Positions 38,464-48,273 of a DNA stretch of 64,000 nt are shown here, piece after piece. The notes under the pieces are model-generated. The model was given only the letters and a program-made list of their open reading frames with translations, made no database searches and was not told where the DNA came from. The position numbers and the translations under genes were made by a program. This DNA is from a virus (taxonomy: Duplodnaviria; Heunggongvirae; Uroviricota; Caudoviricetes), in IMG/VR virus record IMGVR_UViG_3300025765_000001. One strand, written 5' to 3'. How positions within the stretch are numbered: the first letter of the stretch is position 1; each line of letters starts with the position of its first letter.

Positions 38464-39759
38464 CTACTTTTTCTTAGTCTTTGGCGGGTGCCCTAGCACC
38501 ATTTCGACGCTCACGACGAGTTGGTAATTATCAATCATCTTCCAATATATGTGTGTAGGGACATCGTGTTTGCCGTGTTCCTGCATCTCCTCAATGAATT
38601 TCTCAAGCTCCTTCTTTTTTGCCTTCTTGTCATTTAGACAGTGGGCATATTTCTTCCACCAAGGTGAGTTAGGCTCACGGATCATAACCACGTAGCCGTT
38701 GTCGTCGGCGTATTCTACATACGCCCTCATATCCATAACTTTGACGTTGGTGTTGTCTACAACAACTGGAGTGACGCCGTTATCGATGGCATATTTGAAT
38801 AACCGAAGGTTCTCAGCGTGAGCCGCCATCAGCTTATCAGCATTCCAGTTCCTCTTGTACTCTTTGACCTCATCTTCTTCGGATACGGTCTCTCCACGCC
38901 GACGTTTTTCAAGCGTCTCAGGTATCCATTGGTTGTCCGTAGAGAAAATGTGGTCATTAGGGTCTCCACCACCGAACTCTTTCAGGAGTTCCTTGCCTCT
39001 AGTAGATTTGCCAGAGCCGGGGAATCCACGCATTACGATACAATACCTATTGCTGGTATCGACCGGACCTCTATTCTTTACGTAATCCTTGAATGTCGGT
39101 AAATCTGCCATCGGAGCCATTCCTTCGCCATTCCTTCGCCATTCTACTTTGCCGTCTTTGATGTAGATAGCATCACAGTTTCTAATGGAATCTGGATGAT
39201 GTTCTAGACATTCCAGAGCATCCTCTTGCTCGTGGCACAGCCGTACACAGTCTTGGTAGCTCTTGCCTAGAGCAAATTCAGCCAGTACCCTACAAGGGGC
39301 ACCGTGGCTGACCACGATGAATTTGTCTTGTTCACGACCTACTAGATCGTACCAAAACAGTTTGATACGATCAACGAACACTTCTGTAGATTCTCTTTGG
39401 AAGAATCTACCTTCTTTGTGCCATTGGTCTGGTGGGTATACTATGCCTGGAATATCCCTTTTCGGCACAAATACTCCACCATTGCTATCCAAGTCACGGT
39501 GACTATAGCTAGTGACATAATACTCCCTTGGGCCTGCGTGTACCACAAAGGGTAGCTTTGCCAAGGTAGCTAGTTTGCTAGCTGTTTGTACAGTTCGGAG
39601 ATACGGCGAGCAAATGCCGAGGTAGCCATCAAACGAAGCTAGGAATGACGCTAAAGACTCGGCTTGTGAGTGACCTTTTTTAGTCAACTCAGAACCTAGC
39701 TCGTCGCTGAGGCGGGCATTATACTTACTCTGGCCGTGCCTAACGATGATGAGTTCCAT
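38464..39759 (-). CDS. histidine phosphatase fused to AAA_33/N4BP2-like P-loop kinase
   Basis: RHGQS, SPYLRTVQT, SHG; MRGFPGSGKST, STD, VVDNTN, HDVP. Confidence 0.85.
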   Translation of the reverse strand: MELIIVRHGQSKYNARLSDELGSELTKKGHSQAESLASFLASFDGYLGICSPYLRTVQTASKLATLAKLPFVVHAGPREYYVTSYSHRDLDSNGGVFVPKRDIPGIVYPPDQWHKEGRFFQRESTEVFVDRIKLFWYDLVGREQDKFIVVSHGAPCRVLAEFALGKSYQDCVRLCHEQEDALECLEHHPDSIRNCDAIYIKDGKVEWRRNGEGMAPMADLPTFKDYVKNRGPVDTSNRYCIVMRGFPGSGKSTRGKELLKEFGGGDPNDHIFSTDNQWIPETLEKRRRGETVSEEDEVKEYKRNWNADKLMAAHAENLRLFKYAIDNGVTPVVVDNTNVKVMDMRAYVEYADDNGYVVMIREPNSPWWKKYAHCLNDKKAKKKELEKFIEEMQEHGKHDVPTHIYWKMIDNYQLVVSVEMVLGHPPKTKKK

Positions 39760-39824
39760 TTCTATATCCTCTTGGTAAAAGCCTACCAAGATTCAATAGA
39801 AATTAGAAGGTGATTATAGACGTG

Positions 39825-40163
39825 TCATTCTGGCCCCCCTGTCCCGCCAGATCGCATATTCATTTCTGCGGCTTTTACGATTTCATCAATAAACCTAGAA
39901 ACCGGAATCCCTGGACCATCTTTTGCAAGTTTGCGAATAGCAAATACTTGCTCAGGACGTAGGTACTGTTGGACCTCCCCACGTTCTAGAACGTCGTTGA
40001 CCTTGGGGTAGATCATTTTCGTATTACGCATCATAAGCGTATCTTCATCGGTGTCCCTGGCTACGGGATCGTCTTCAGCCATGAAGTTGATAATGATCTG
40101 CCGGACGGTATCTTGAAGTTTTTTGACTTCCTCGTTCTCTAGCCATATCTTGAACGTCAACAT
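39825..40163 (-). CDS. hypothetical protein, putative virion-internal
   Basis: N-terminus MLTFKIWLENE. Confidence 0.65.
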   Translation of the reverse strand: MLTFKIWLENEEVKKLQDTVRQIIINFMAEDDPVARDTDEDTLMMRNTKMIYPKVNDVLERGEVQQYLRPEQVFAIRKLAKDGPGIPVSRFIDEIVKAAEMNMRSGGTGGPE

Positions 40164-40170
40164 ACCGTAT

Positions 40171-41037
40171 TTACGGACGCAGAATTATTTTCAGAAGTGC
40201 CATACGAAGATAGAGGCCATTTTTTACCTGCCTCCAGTAAGCGGCACGAGGGTCAGCATCGCACTCGATACTAAGTTCCCTGGTTCTGGGTAGGGGGTGC
40301 AACAGGATTGATTTTTCCTTCATGTGCGGCAGCGGATTGAGGTTCCTGCATTCTTCGCCGCCGTCCGTTCCACATCTCTCGCTTTGGAGACGGGTCATAT
40401 ACACGACATCAGCCGCCCTTAGAAGGTTCGGCAACTTTTCCAAAGTCTCGGAAGGTCCGTTTCTTATGTCTATTTCATGAATCTGACAGTCCTCGAAGAC
40501 CCGACGTACCAGCAATGCTAGCGAATTGATGGTTCTGGCATATTGGATGTCGCCCAGGAATAGTAACCGCTCGAAGTTGGGAATTTCGTCAATAATCGTA
40601 AACAAATCAATCAACGCCTGGGTAGGATGCTCACCGGCACCATCCCCGGCATTGATAACCGGAACGTCAGAGACCCTAGCCGCCGTCTGTGCCGCCCCTA
40701 TATTCGGGTGCCGGATCACAATGACATCGGCATATTGCGAGATCGTCTTGATGGTGTCCTCGAATGACTCCCCCTTCCTCATGGATGAAGTCATGGTATC
40801 GACACTAAAAAACGAGCCGCCCAATCGCATGACGGCTGCTTCAAAAGAAGACTTGGTTCTGGTGCTAGGCTCATCGAAAACCGTGGCTATAGTACATCCC
40901 TTCAAGGCCGTGAAGTAATGGCATTCACGCATGAACCACGGTTCGTCCTTGGAAAAGTTAGACCTTATGCTTTTCGTGAGCTTGAAAAGCTGATCTAGAA
41001 AATGGAGATTAAACTGAGAGGAAGACAATATATCCAC
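40171..41037 (-). CDS. pyrB: aspartate carbamoyltransferase catalytic subunit
   Basis: EPSTRT, KGES, IRH, NAGDG.GEHPTQAL, HPLPR; GTG start after AGGAGG. Confidence 0.95.
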   Translation of the reverse strand: MDILSSSQFNLHFLDQLFKLTKSIRSNFSKDEPWFMRECHYFTALKGCTIATVFDEPSTRTKSSFEAAVMRLGGSFFSVDTMTSSMRKGESFEDTIKTISQYADVIVIRHPNIGAAQTAARVSDVPVINAGDGAGEHPTQALIDLFTIIDEIPNFERLLFLGDIQYARTINSLALLVRRVFEDCQIHEIDIRNGPSETLEKLPNLLRAADVVYMTRLQSERCGTDGGEECRNLNPLPHMKEKSILLHPLPRTRELSIECDADPRAAYWRQVKNGLYLRMALLKIILRP

Positions 41038-41104
41038 GGCCCGGCCTCCTAAAGTGTAAATTAGGTCTATTTTAAGTATGGCGTAACTAAATATCAACAG
41101 CAAT

Positions 41105-41920
41105 ATGTACAAGAACTTTCAACAATGGATAAAGCGGCGTGACCATCCGTGTGTAAAGGAGTGGGCGGACTTCGGCTTCAGCAAGCAAAAGGACGATTGC
41201 AAAAAATACACCGATGACGATCAAACTCCCCTTAATCCTTTCGATGTCCAAGAGATGTTTGATGAAATGCTTCGGATGCCGTCTATCAACTCTCACAAAG
41301 CCAAAAAGAGATGGGCCGACACACTAGAGTGGGGGCAGGACATAGGTGCCCTCTTATTAGACATATCTCCGCTGGGATCGTTCAAAATAACGATACGCAG
41401 GAAGATTACGGACCTACAGGGTGAAATGCGTTGGATTTGCAAAAAAATCATTTCGCTGAATGAGAGAAACTACAACACAGATGAGGGGCCTAGAGCAGTG
41501 GAAGTATACGAGGCTGTCAAGGACATAGGAAAGCAAATGATTGATTCGCCTAAATCAGATTACGAAGACTTTCATACCCTGGTGCGGCACCTATTCTCTC
41601 AATCTCGACTACACTTTCCGTCTTACTGCATGTTTTCACCGAAAATCAAACAGATCAATGAGAACTACTACAAAATATACTTCGACATGAAAGGTCATGG
41701 AGTGGAATCCCCTAGTGCTACCAGGGTGGAGCAATTCAACATAGACATACTCATGGACAAAGAAAAGGGCTTAATTAGGTGTTGGGGTTATGATGTCAAA
41801 TCGCCCACCAAGGGCCACAAATGGGAGATCGTTCCGTCTGAGTGGGATGAATGGTACGCACCATCGCAGCCCATAGAGGAAATAGTAGATATCGTCATAA
41901 ATACTCTGTTGTTCTATTAG
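41105..41920 (+). CDS. hypothetical protein
   Basis: N-terminus MYKNFQQWI. Confidence 0.7.
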   Translation: MYKNFQQWIKRRDHPCVKEWADFGFSKQKDDCKKYTDDDQTPLNPFDVQEMFDEMLRMPSINSHKAKKRWADTLEWGQDIGALLLDISPLGSFKITIRRKITDLQGEMRWICKKIISLNERNYNTDEGPRAVEVYEAVKDIGKQMIDSPKSDYEDFHTLVRHLFSQSRLHFPSYCMFSPKIKQINENYYKIYFDMKGHGVESPSATRVEQFNIDILMDKEKGLIRCWGYDVKSPTKGHKWEIVPSEWDEWYAPSQPIEEIVDIVINTLLFY

Positions 41921-41923
41921 GAG

Positions 41924-42199
41924 ATGTATATGAATTTCAAAGAATGGCTCAAGCTAAAAGAAGGAAGAGGCCAGCCTGGAATTCAAGTCACACCAAATGT
42001 GAAAAAGGCTGCCAGTATCGCTATGCAAAAGGCAAAGATAGCTGTTCCTCCTGGTACGACGGCTGGAGATTACTTCAAGCAGAATCCGGCAGCTTTGAAG
42101 GGATTCCAACAACAAATGGTTGCCGCCAAAGTTCCCGGTATCGATCCGAACACGCCTATTTCACTTGATGATATAGCCGCTATTCTAGGAGTGAATTGA
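41924..42199 (+). CDS. hypothetical protein, putative virion-internal
   Basis: MNFKEWLKLKE. Confidence 0.65.
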   Translation: MYMNFKEWLKLKEGRGQPGIQVTPNVKKAASIAMQKAKIAVPPGTTAGDYFKQNPAALKGFQQQMVAAKVPGIDPNTPISLDDIAAILGVN

Positions 42200-42420
42200 T
42201 GAGTAATGCCAGGGACGTAGCACTTGATATAGCCAAATATCTACAAGGCACCTTCAAGCGAACCACTAGGAACGCCCGCAAGGTCGCATGGCGTACTCTG
42301 TCCAGCGGCAAAGGAAAAGAAGAGATTGACAGGCTCTTAGACAACCCTGATCGGAGCCTCAACACTATAGCCAACCTTAGTTTCAAGGAGTGGCTATCTC
42401 GTTCGGAAACAAATCCTTAA
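42196..42420 (+). CDS. hypothetical protein
   Basis: C-terminal SFKEWL motif. Confidence 0.5.
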   Translation: MMSNARDVALDIAKYLQGTFKRTTRNARKVAWRTLSSGKGKEEIDRLLDNPDRSLNTIANLSFKEWLSRSETNP

Positions 42421-43084
42421 ACACAGACTCTACCTCGTTCGAGGACTGTTCTCTGTACACATTCAGGTCCATAGAGAAATCTTCTATCTTTAACACGTCT
42501 CTCAGGAAGGGAGACAGCACTAGATAGTATGGACTCACCTTTCCCAAAGTCGTCCAGCCGATTAGCGTGCGATCTTGAAGCAGGATGATGATATCTTGCT
42601 TGTTGTAATTCTCGCCGAGTTTGGACACGAGAAATTTTCTAGTGTCTTGCAAGTCGAACTTCACCAAGATAACATTGGCCTTATTCGCACCTTTCTCTTC
42701 GGAGGTAGCTGGCCTCTCCATAGCTCGGTCATATTGCTTCTTCCAAAGACGCCATCGCTTCCAAGCTTTCTCGCCGTGTAGAATGCCTGGGTCGATCATA
42801 GCGTGAATTGTCCCATCTGTGATATGCTTCATGATCTGAAGCTGAGCCGTGATGTAAAGTTGGTAGTCTGAGTCCTCGATCAGGCCTAGTGTCTCACGAG
42901 CCAGCTTGTAGCAATGCTTGAACAGAAGTGACTTCCGTGGATCGCCCGTCTTGCGTAATTTGGCGTGCTGATAGTTGGGGAACAGTTTTCTTGACAAATC
43001 TATCCACATGAGCGAAATCTTGTAAGCCTTGGCTTCAAGATCGTTCATTTTGTATTGCAGTACGACTTCGAGGGGGTCTACCAC
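42383..43084 (-). CDS. hypothetical protein
   Basis: 233-aa ORF. Confidence 0.7.
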   Translation of the reverse strand: MVDPLEVVLQYKMNDLEAKAYKISLMWIDLSRKLFPNYQHAKLRKTGDPRKSLLFKHCYKLARETLGLIEDSDYQLYITAQLQIMKHITDGTIHAMIDPGILHGEKAWKRWRLWKKQYDRAMERPATSEEKGANKANVILVKFDLQDTRKFLVSKLGENYNKQDIIILLQDRTLIGWTTLGKVSPYYLVLSPFLRDVLKIEDFSMDLNVYREQSSNEVESVFKDLFPNEIATP

Positions 43085-43889
43085 ATTTAGTCTCCCAGAA
43101 AATCGTGGACTATTTTCATGACCTTAACCATGTTCTTCAAACCTTTTACTGGTTTGTTGCCAGGGAGTTTGGCTTCGAGGCGAAGCTGTATCCAGGTATC
43201 CTGATATGCCTTTTTATTGATTTTGCTGGCCTCTGCCTTAGCCGCCTTGTAGCCATCAAGATTATCAATGTAGTCGTTATCGTTCACCCGGATGTCGTCT
43301 CCGAACCACATTCTCTTCAGGGTAGGTATACGGTCATCGTCGGCAGACCTACGTTCGGGTCAAAATCCGTAATGATCTCCTTACCGAACAACTTACTGAG
43401 TTCGTCTCGGTATGCCGCCTTTAATGGCGTCCTGGGACATAAGTATAGTTGTAGATTGATGTTCCCAGAATTCAGATGGCGGACTGCAATCGTTAGTCGA
43501 GCTAATGTTATTCGGTTTTCAAAAACATTGCAAGAGCAATTTTAAGGAGCTAGCCGTGGAGAAAAACGAACTAGTACAAGCCGGTTTCATTATCAGAAAC
43601 CTAGTCAACTTCTGTCGTTGGGGTGGGGAGAGTCTCAAAGAAGCTCCTTCTATACTGAAGAAAGTTGTCGAAAAAAAGCTGTACCTGGAGTTTTACATGT
43701 ACGGCGAAGGTAATCCGAAAAGAGAAAACAATCAATGCGGCCTGTATTGATGCAGGACTAGCGGTGCCTAAGATTCAAGTCAACAAAAACGATCCTAAAC
43801 AGGTTACAAGAATACTATACAAGCACTACGGCAAGATTGGTATAAGAGTTGATAGATGAGTTGCGTCGTTCACTAGACGAGAAATGATC

Positions 43890-43917
43890 TTGACTTCCTG
43901 TACCACTTTGCTATGAT
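43890..43917 (+). promoter_or_regulatory. sigma70-like promoter
   Basis: TTGACT-N16-TATGAT with extended TG. Confidence 0.65.
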
Positions 43918-43919
43918 AA

Positions 43920-44291
43920 GGGGTGTAGATAACTGGGGCCAATAGCGGTGATAGCCGACTAGGGTGGTGATTCTACGACTCCACAAGAGCTTGAACTGTC
44001 CAAGTGAATGTTGAGTTAAAAACCTGCAAGGCGGTGCCAGAGACCCTGGCGAGTAACGGCCTGCAAATAACTCGTGTAATCTGACGAGTCGATGATCGCA
44101 TAGTTCCAAGGTAAGCCTACTAACGTCAAGGCCGTGCGGTGTGCTTCGGCACCCAAACAAGGTCGGTAGGTTAGGCGGAACTCCCGCAAGCGGGACTTAG
44201 CTTGCACTGACAGAACTAACTCCGATGCCAAGTCGGTTCTTTGATGGCATAACGGAGAAGGTGTACTTGTGTCAATGATTTTGACACCCCA
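43920..44291 (+). ncRNA. candidate large structured ncRNA (RNA-B)
   Basis: Follows the promoter; ends can pair (GGGGTGT/ACACCCC); multiple hairpins; no credible ORF. Confidence 0.6.
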
Positions 44292-44409
44292 TATATCTTC
44301 TCTTAAATGCAACACAACACTAAGAACCGCTTTAGGCCCAGATTATGTACTCATTTCTGCTTTTCACTTCAGACTAGATTCATCTCGTTGGTTTTGGTAT
44401 ACTTCCGCC

Positions 44410-44583
44410 ATGACAACTTTGAGACATTTGAAGGTTGGAGACCGAGGCCAGTTCAAGACAAGTTGTGGCACCGAAATTACCGGCGTGGTTGTCGAAGCAC
44501 GTCCAGATGGCTACACTGTTCGTAGCGACTCAATCCAGAGCAATCGACATGAGAACGGATATTTCAGATTCACACTTTCCTGA
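44410..44583 (+). CDS. small hypothetical protein
   Basis: TATACT-N6-ATG, leaderless-type start. Confidence 0.5.
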   Translation: MTTLRHLKVGDRGQFKTSCGTEITGVVVEARPDGYTVRSDSIQSNRHENGYFRFTLS

Positions 44584-44874
44584 CTGGTTGATGGCTCGGT
44601 CTGATCGAGGAGAGTGGAGATGTGGACACAACTATTCACCGGGAAGATTAGCCCGGCTCTGTTGCATAAGTGTAAGGACCACGCCTGGAAGGTTTATCTG
44701 GCGAGGGCAGATCAAGACAAGGCTAATGATGATGAAGGCGAACACAGGTACATGCGAAAGCTGATCGGGAAGATAGGCGAGGTTGGAGCAGGGGAAGCCG
44801 GGTACGAAGGCGAGATTGATTGGAAGATATGGGAACGTCCAGCTTCGCTTCCTGACTTGGGCGACAACATTTGA

Positions 44875-45780
44875 GTCAAGACTTGTTCCGCATTTGAGAT
44901 GCGGAGTTTTGGGTTGTCTTGGCACATGGCTCTCGGCACGGTTTAGGAAGGTTGCTGCCAGAGAAGCCATAGACATGATTCTGAGCGTGAAGAACAAGGA
45001 GAACGAGAAGGCATGCCAGTTCAAACCACGTCACTATGGACGCTCCATGAGTGTGTCCAGTACGATTGCGAGCCTCTAGACCACCAAGAACGCTAGTGAA
45101 TACGACTGCTGGTTGCATATCGCCAGCGTTGGTGACGGCATCATCTTGGATTTGCCGGTGAAGTTGCACAAGCATTTCCACTGGCTCAAAGGGCGTGGTA
45201 AGGGGCTAGAGTCATACATCATCAAGAAGGACTGCGTTCAATTCTCGTTTGAGATAGAGACAGGTGCGAAGAAGGACGATGGCGTGGTGATCGGCGTGGT
45301 GATCGACGTGGATACCGGCATCAACGCACTGGCGTCTCTGGACGATGGGCGTCAGTATGGCCGGGACGTGAAGGGACTGATTGAGAAGATCAAGAGGAAG
45401 CAGCACGGCAGTAAGAGGCAGCAACGAGTACGCCGTGCTTTGAGACAGCGAGTAGATGAAGTCGTCAAAGAGGTAGTCGGCGGTGACGTGAAACTGGTCG
45501 TGGTGGAAGATTTGAAGAAAATGAACCACCGGACCAAACTCAAACGACGCTTGAGTAAAAATATGTGTCGTTCTCTCGGTGCGTGGATATATCGTTACTG
45601 GTTGAACCGGCTGAACTAGACCTGCGAAGACAACCGTGTTGCCTATCGTCGAGAATGCCGATGTAGTCGGCGGCAAGAACATCAAGTTCTGGTTTCTCTG
45701 CGGACCTTACGGTGCTGCATACAAACTAAGAAACATGGATTTTTTGTCTAAGGTAAGATTTTCCAAGTTTTGAGGAACGG
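44875..45780 (+). mobile_element. tnpB: tnpB pseudogene with IS607-like right end
   Basis: DVDTGINALASL, VVVEDLK; in-frame TAGs at 45077 and 45617; NADVVGGKNI; ends AAGTTTTGAGGAACGG. Confidence 0.75.
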
Positions 45781-45861
45781 TATCAAAGACTTGGTACAGT
45801 CGTGCCCCATTTACGCCAAGCGTATCTAGAAAATCTGCCCGCAATGTGATATGGTGAGGAG

Positions 45862-47169
45862 ATGCTCAATCCTGCTCTGGCGGATGCCATTCAAAAACTG
45901 GAGGGGAAAGACCTTTTTCTCTATCCCGAACCGGAGGTTCTCGACCACACGAACCCAGCACGTCCGGCGAAGCTAGTTTTATTAGCTCAGGGCATCAGGG
46001 TCGAGGTTCCATTTCCAGCAGAGCAGAAGAAGCTGAATGAGTTTCTGGGTCTTTTGCTGGAAGCCTTCTCCCTGCCAACACGTCTAGTGATCGGTTGGGA
46101 AATCAAGAACTTCCTCAGCTACGTATTTTGCCGAACAGGTAAGAAGTTTGCTCTTGAAGGCACTCTTCTTGATCTGAAGGTGTTAGAGAGCTTCATGGGC
46201 ATCTCCAATGAATGCCCGAAGACTTTCCACGACGCCAAGACCAGATTGGCGTTCGTGGCGACTCAACCGACCTGGAAAGAACTGAAAGAAATCTACAAGA
46301 AGGTGTACTTGCCACTGATTGTCGAAGTCGTCCCTGCGATGGAAGCCAGATACATGACCCATCAGCGGGACCGAATACTAATCTCCTCGTACTACGAAGT
46401 AGTTGGTCAGATCAACGGTAGGATGAAATGCCACAAGGCTCTGGCTCACTGCTTTAACCCACATTCTATAACTGAGGACGACAAAAACAATTTGGTCTCG
46501 ACTAGATACGACAACAGGTTCCTATACCTGGATTTTAAGCACATGGAAGCCAGTGTGCTACATTGGCTTACCAACGATCCGGTCCTTGGAGGAATTCTTG
46601 CTTCCGGCAAAGACCTATACGCATCAATTTGGAAGAAGATCACAACGCTAGACGCTGACGCAGCCCAGAGACAGAAATGCAAAGATGTGTTTCTGCCTGT
46701 AGTTTTCGGGCTGGGCGTGTCTTCGTTGGCCGAGAAACTCAAGGTATCCGAGGCTACGGCGAGTAAGTTGGTAGATCGCACCTACCAAATTTTCTCCGTT
46801 GCAATGGACTGGATCAAGAGACGTCAGAATTCGTTAGATGAGAACAACTACTCCTACGACTACTTCGGGAAACGGCGTAGGTTTGAAGATCAACTGTACC
46901 GGATTCGGAACTTCCAGGTGCAGTCTCCCGCAGCCCTTATCTGCCTGCACAAGTTGGTGCGACTCCACGAGGCGTTAGCCAGGGATGAGGGCAAATTGGC
47001 CTATCACGTTCACGACGGCTACATGTTGTTCACTGACAAGTCTAGTTGGATGAAAACCGCTGAGTTAGCGAAGCAAGTGTTGGAATCCGAAGAAGACCTG
47101 TACCCAGGTCTGAGACTCAAGGTAGCCTGTAGTACAGGAGACAGGATGGGCAGTATGAAATCCATTTGA
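45862..47169 (+). CDS. family A DNA polymerase-like protein
   Basis: NGRM, LDFKHMEASVL (motif A), RQKCK..FLPVVFG (motif B), NFQVQS, HVHDG (motif C). Confidence 0.8.
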   Translation: MLNPALADAIQKLEGKDLFLYPEPEVLDHTNPARPAKLVLLAQGIRVEVPFPAEQKKLNEFLGLLLEAFSLPTRLVIGWEIKNFLSYVFCRTGKKFALEGTLLDLKVLESFMGISNECPKTFHDAKTRLAFVATQPTWKELKEIYKKVYLPLIVEVVPAMEARYMTHQRDRILISSYYEVVGQINGRMKCHKALAHCFNPHSITEDDKNNLVSTRYDNRFLYLDFKHMEASVLHWLTNDPVLGGILASGKDLYASIWKKITTLDADAAQRQKCKDVFLPVVFGLGVSSLAEKLKVSEATASKLVDRTYQIFSVAMDWIKRRQNSLDENNYSYDYFGKRRRFEDQLYRIRNFQVQSPAALICLHKLVRLHEALARDEGKLAYHVHDGYMLFTDKSSWMKTAELAKQVLESEEDLYPGLRLKVACSTGDRMGSMKSI

Positions 47170-47183
47170 ATGAAAGAGAATGT

Positions 47184-47741
47184 ATGGATAGTATCGTTAA
47201 GTCTTTTCCTATCACCCAAGAGGAGTATGCTGATCTAGATAAGGCTTTTGGTGATCTATGTGAGTACGCTGCATGGCAGCTAATTAAGAAGAACTCCTGC
47301 AACAATCACACCGATGACCAGAGCGACATAGCTCAAGAGCTACGTTTCTCTCTAATCCACGCCGGGTCGTATTTCAAAAGACAAGTCTACATCGAGAAGT
47401 GTCTAAATCTGTGTTTCAAGTACGCTGAAGACCACTTCTTGAAGAGCATCGTTGATGAACTATTGTTTCTTTGGAACAACAAAACTAGACACGGTGCCAA
47501 CCGGCAGAAGTTCGGGCCGCATCAAGAGCGACTGCTAGAAAAGCTCACCAAGGTGCTAGTTCCAAAAGAGGAGCGGCCCTCAAAACGAGAACCTCTTTCT
47601 ATCAGTCCCGAATTCAAGACCTATTGTAAAGCGATCACCTGGAACCGCCAAAAGAGTATAGGTAAGAAGTATACGAGAGAAAAGTGTATACGAACTGGCA
47701 TGGTTTCTCTCTCGGAATATGACCACCTAGTGACTTGCTAG
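47184..47741 (+). CDS. hypothetical protein
   Basis: ORF in the replication cluster. Confidence 0.7.
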   Translation: MDSIVKSFPITQEEYADLDKAFGDLCEYAAWQLIKKNSCNNHTDDQSDIAQELRFSLIHAGSYFKRQVYIEKCLNLCFKYAEDHFLKSIVDELLFLWNNKTRHGANRQKFGPHQERLLEKLTKVLVPKEERPSKREPLSISPEFKTYCKAITWNRQKSIGKKYTREKCIRTGMVSLSEYDHLVTC

Positions 47742-47800
47742 GCTTGCAAGAATCTTGGGAATCGGGTAGACTCCAGCGACTAATTAAGTGGGTCTCTCCG

Positions 47801-48271
47801 ATGACTGAGTACGTTGTAGTTTTCGCAAGATATAGGCCAGAATTCGTTCTACTAGTCCACAAGGACCGTCCAGCTTGGCAGGCCGGTCGCTACAATCTAC
47901 CCGGTGGGAAGGTACAACCTGGCGAATCGCCAGAATATGCCGCTAGGAGAGAACTGTTGGAAGAAACAGGTCTCCATAGCGACAATGTTATTTTGAGAGG
48001 CAAGATTGTAGGAAGCTGGGGTATTGTCTACTGTTTTGACGCAGAAGTTGACTTCGACCAGCCTAAGCCGAGAGAAGGCGAGACCGAAGAGGTACATTGG
48101 CATCGCTGGGGCGATGTTCGCAGCAGTTCTTTCCTTCTTCCCAACCTGAAGGTAATCATACCGTTGTTCATCGCCGCCGTTGATAATTGGGTTGTCAACG
48201 ATGAGGGGCCTAGCTATGTGAATGGGATTTGCCCCAGCCACACCTTTGCAGTCACAATTTACATGGAGTGA
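47801..48271 (+). CDS. NUDIX hydrolase
   Basis: GGKVQPGESPEYAARRELLEETGL Nudix box. Confidence 0.92.
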   Translation: MTEYVVVFARYRPEFVLLVHKDRPAWQAGRYNLPGGKVQPGESPEYAARRELLEETGLHSDNVILRGKIVGSWGIVYCFDAEVDFDQPKPREGETEEVHWHRWGDVRSSSFLLPNLKVIIPLFIAAVDNWVVNDEGPSYVNGICPSHTFAVTIYME

Positions 48272-48273
48272 TA

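Noticed and set aside
43920-44291. tmRNA (similar size, GGGG 5' end pairing with the 3' end)
   Set aside because: No TTCRA T-loop, no G3:U70 pair and no Ala-ending tag frame
44875-45620. Stop-codon reassignment suggested by in-frame TAG/TAA
   Set aside because: Intact core genes (tuf, uvsW, helicase, uvsX) end at TAG, interrupted genes also carry frameshifts or deletions, and no suppressor tRNA is present
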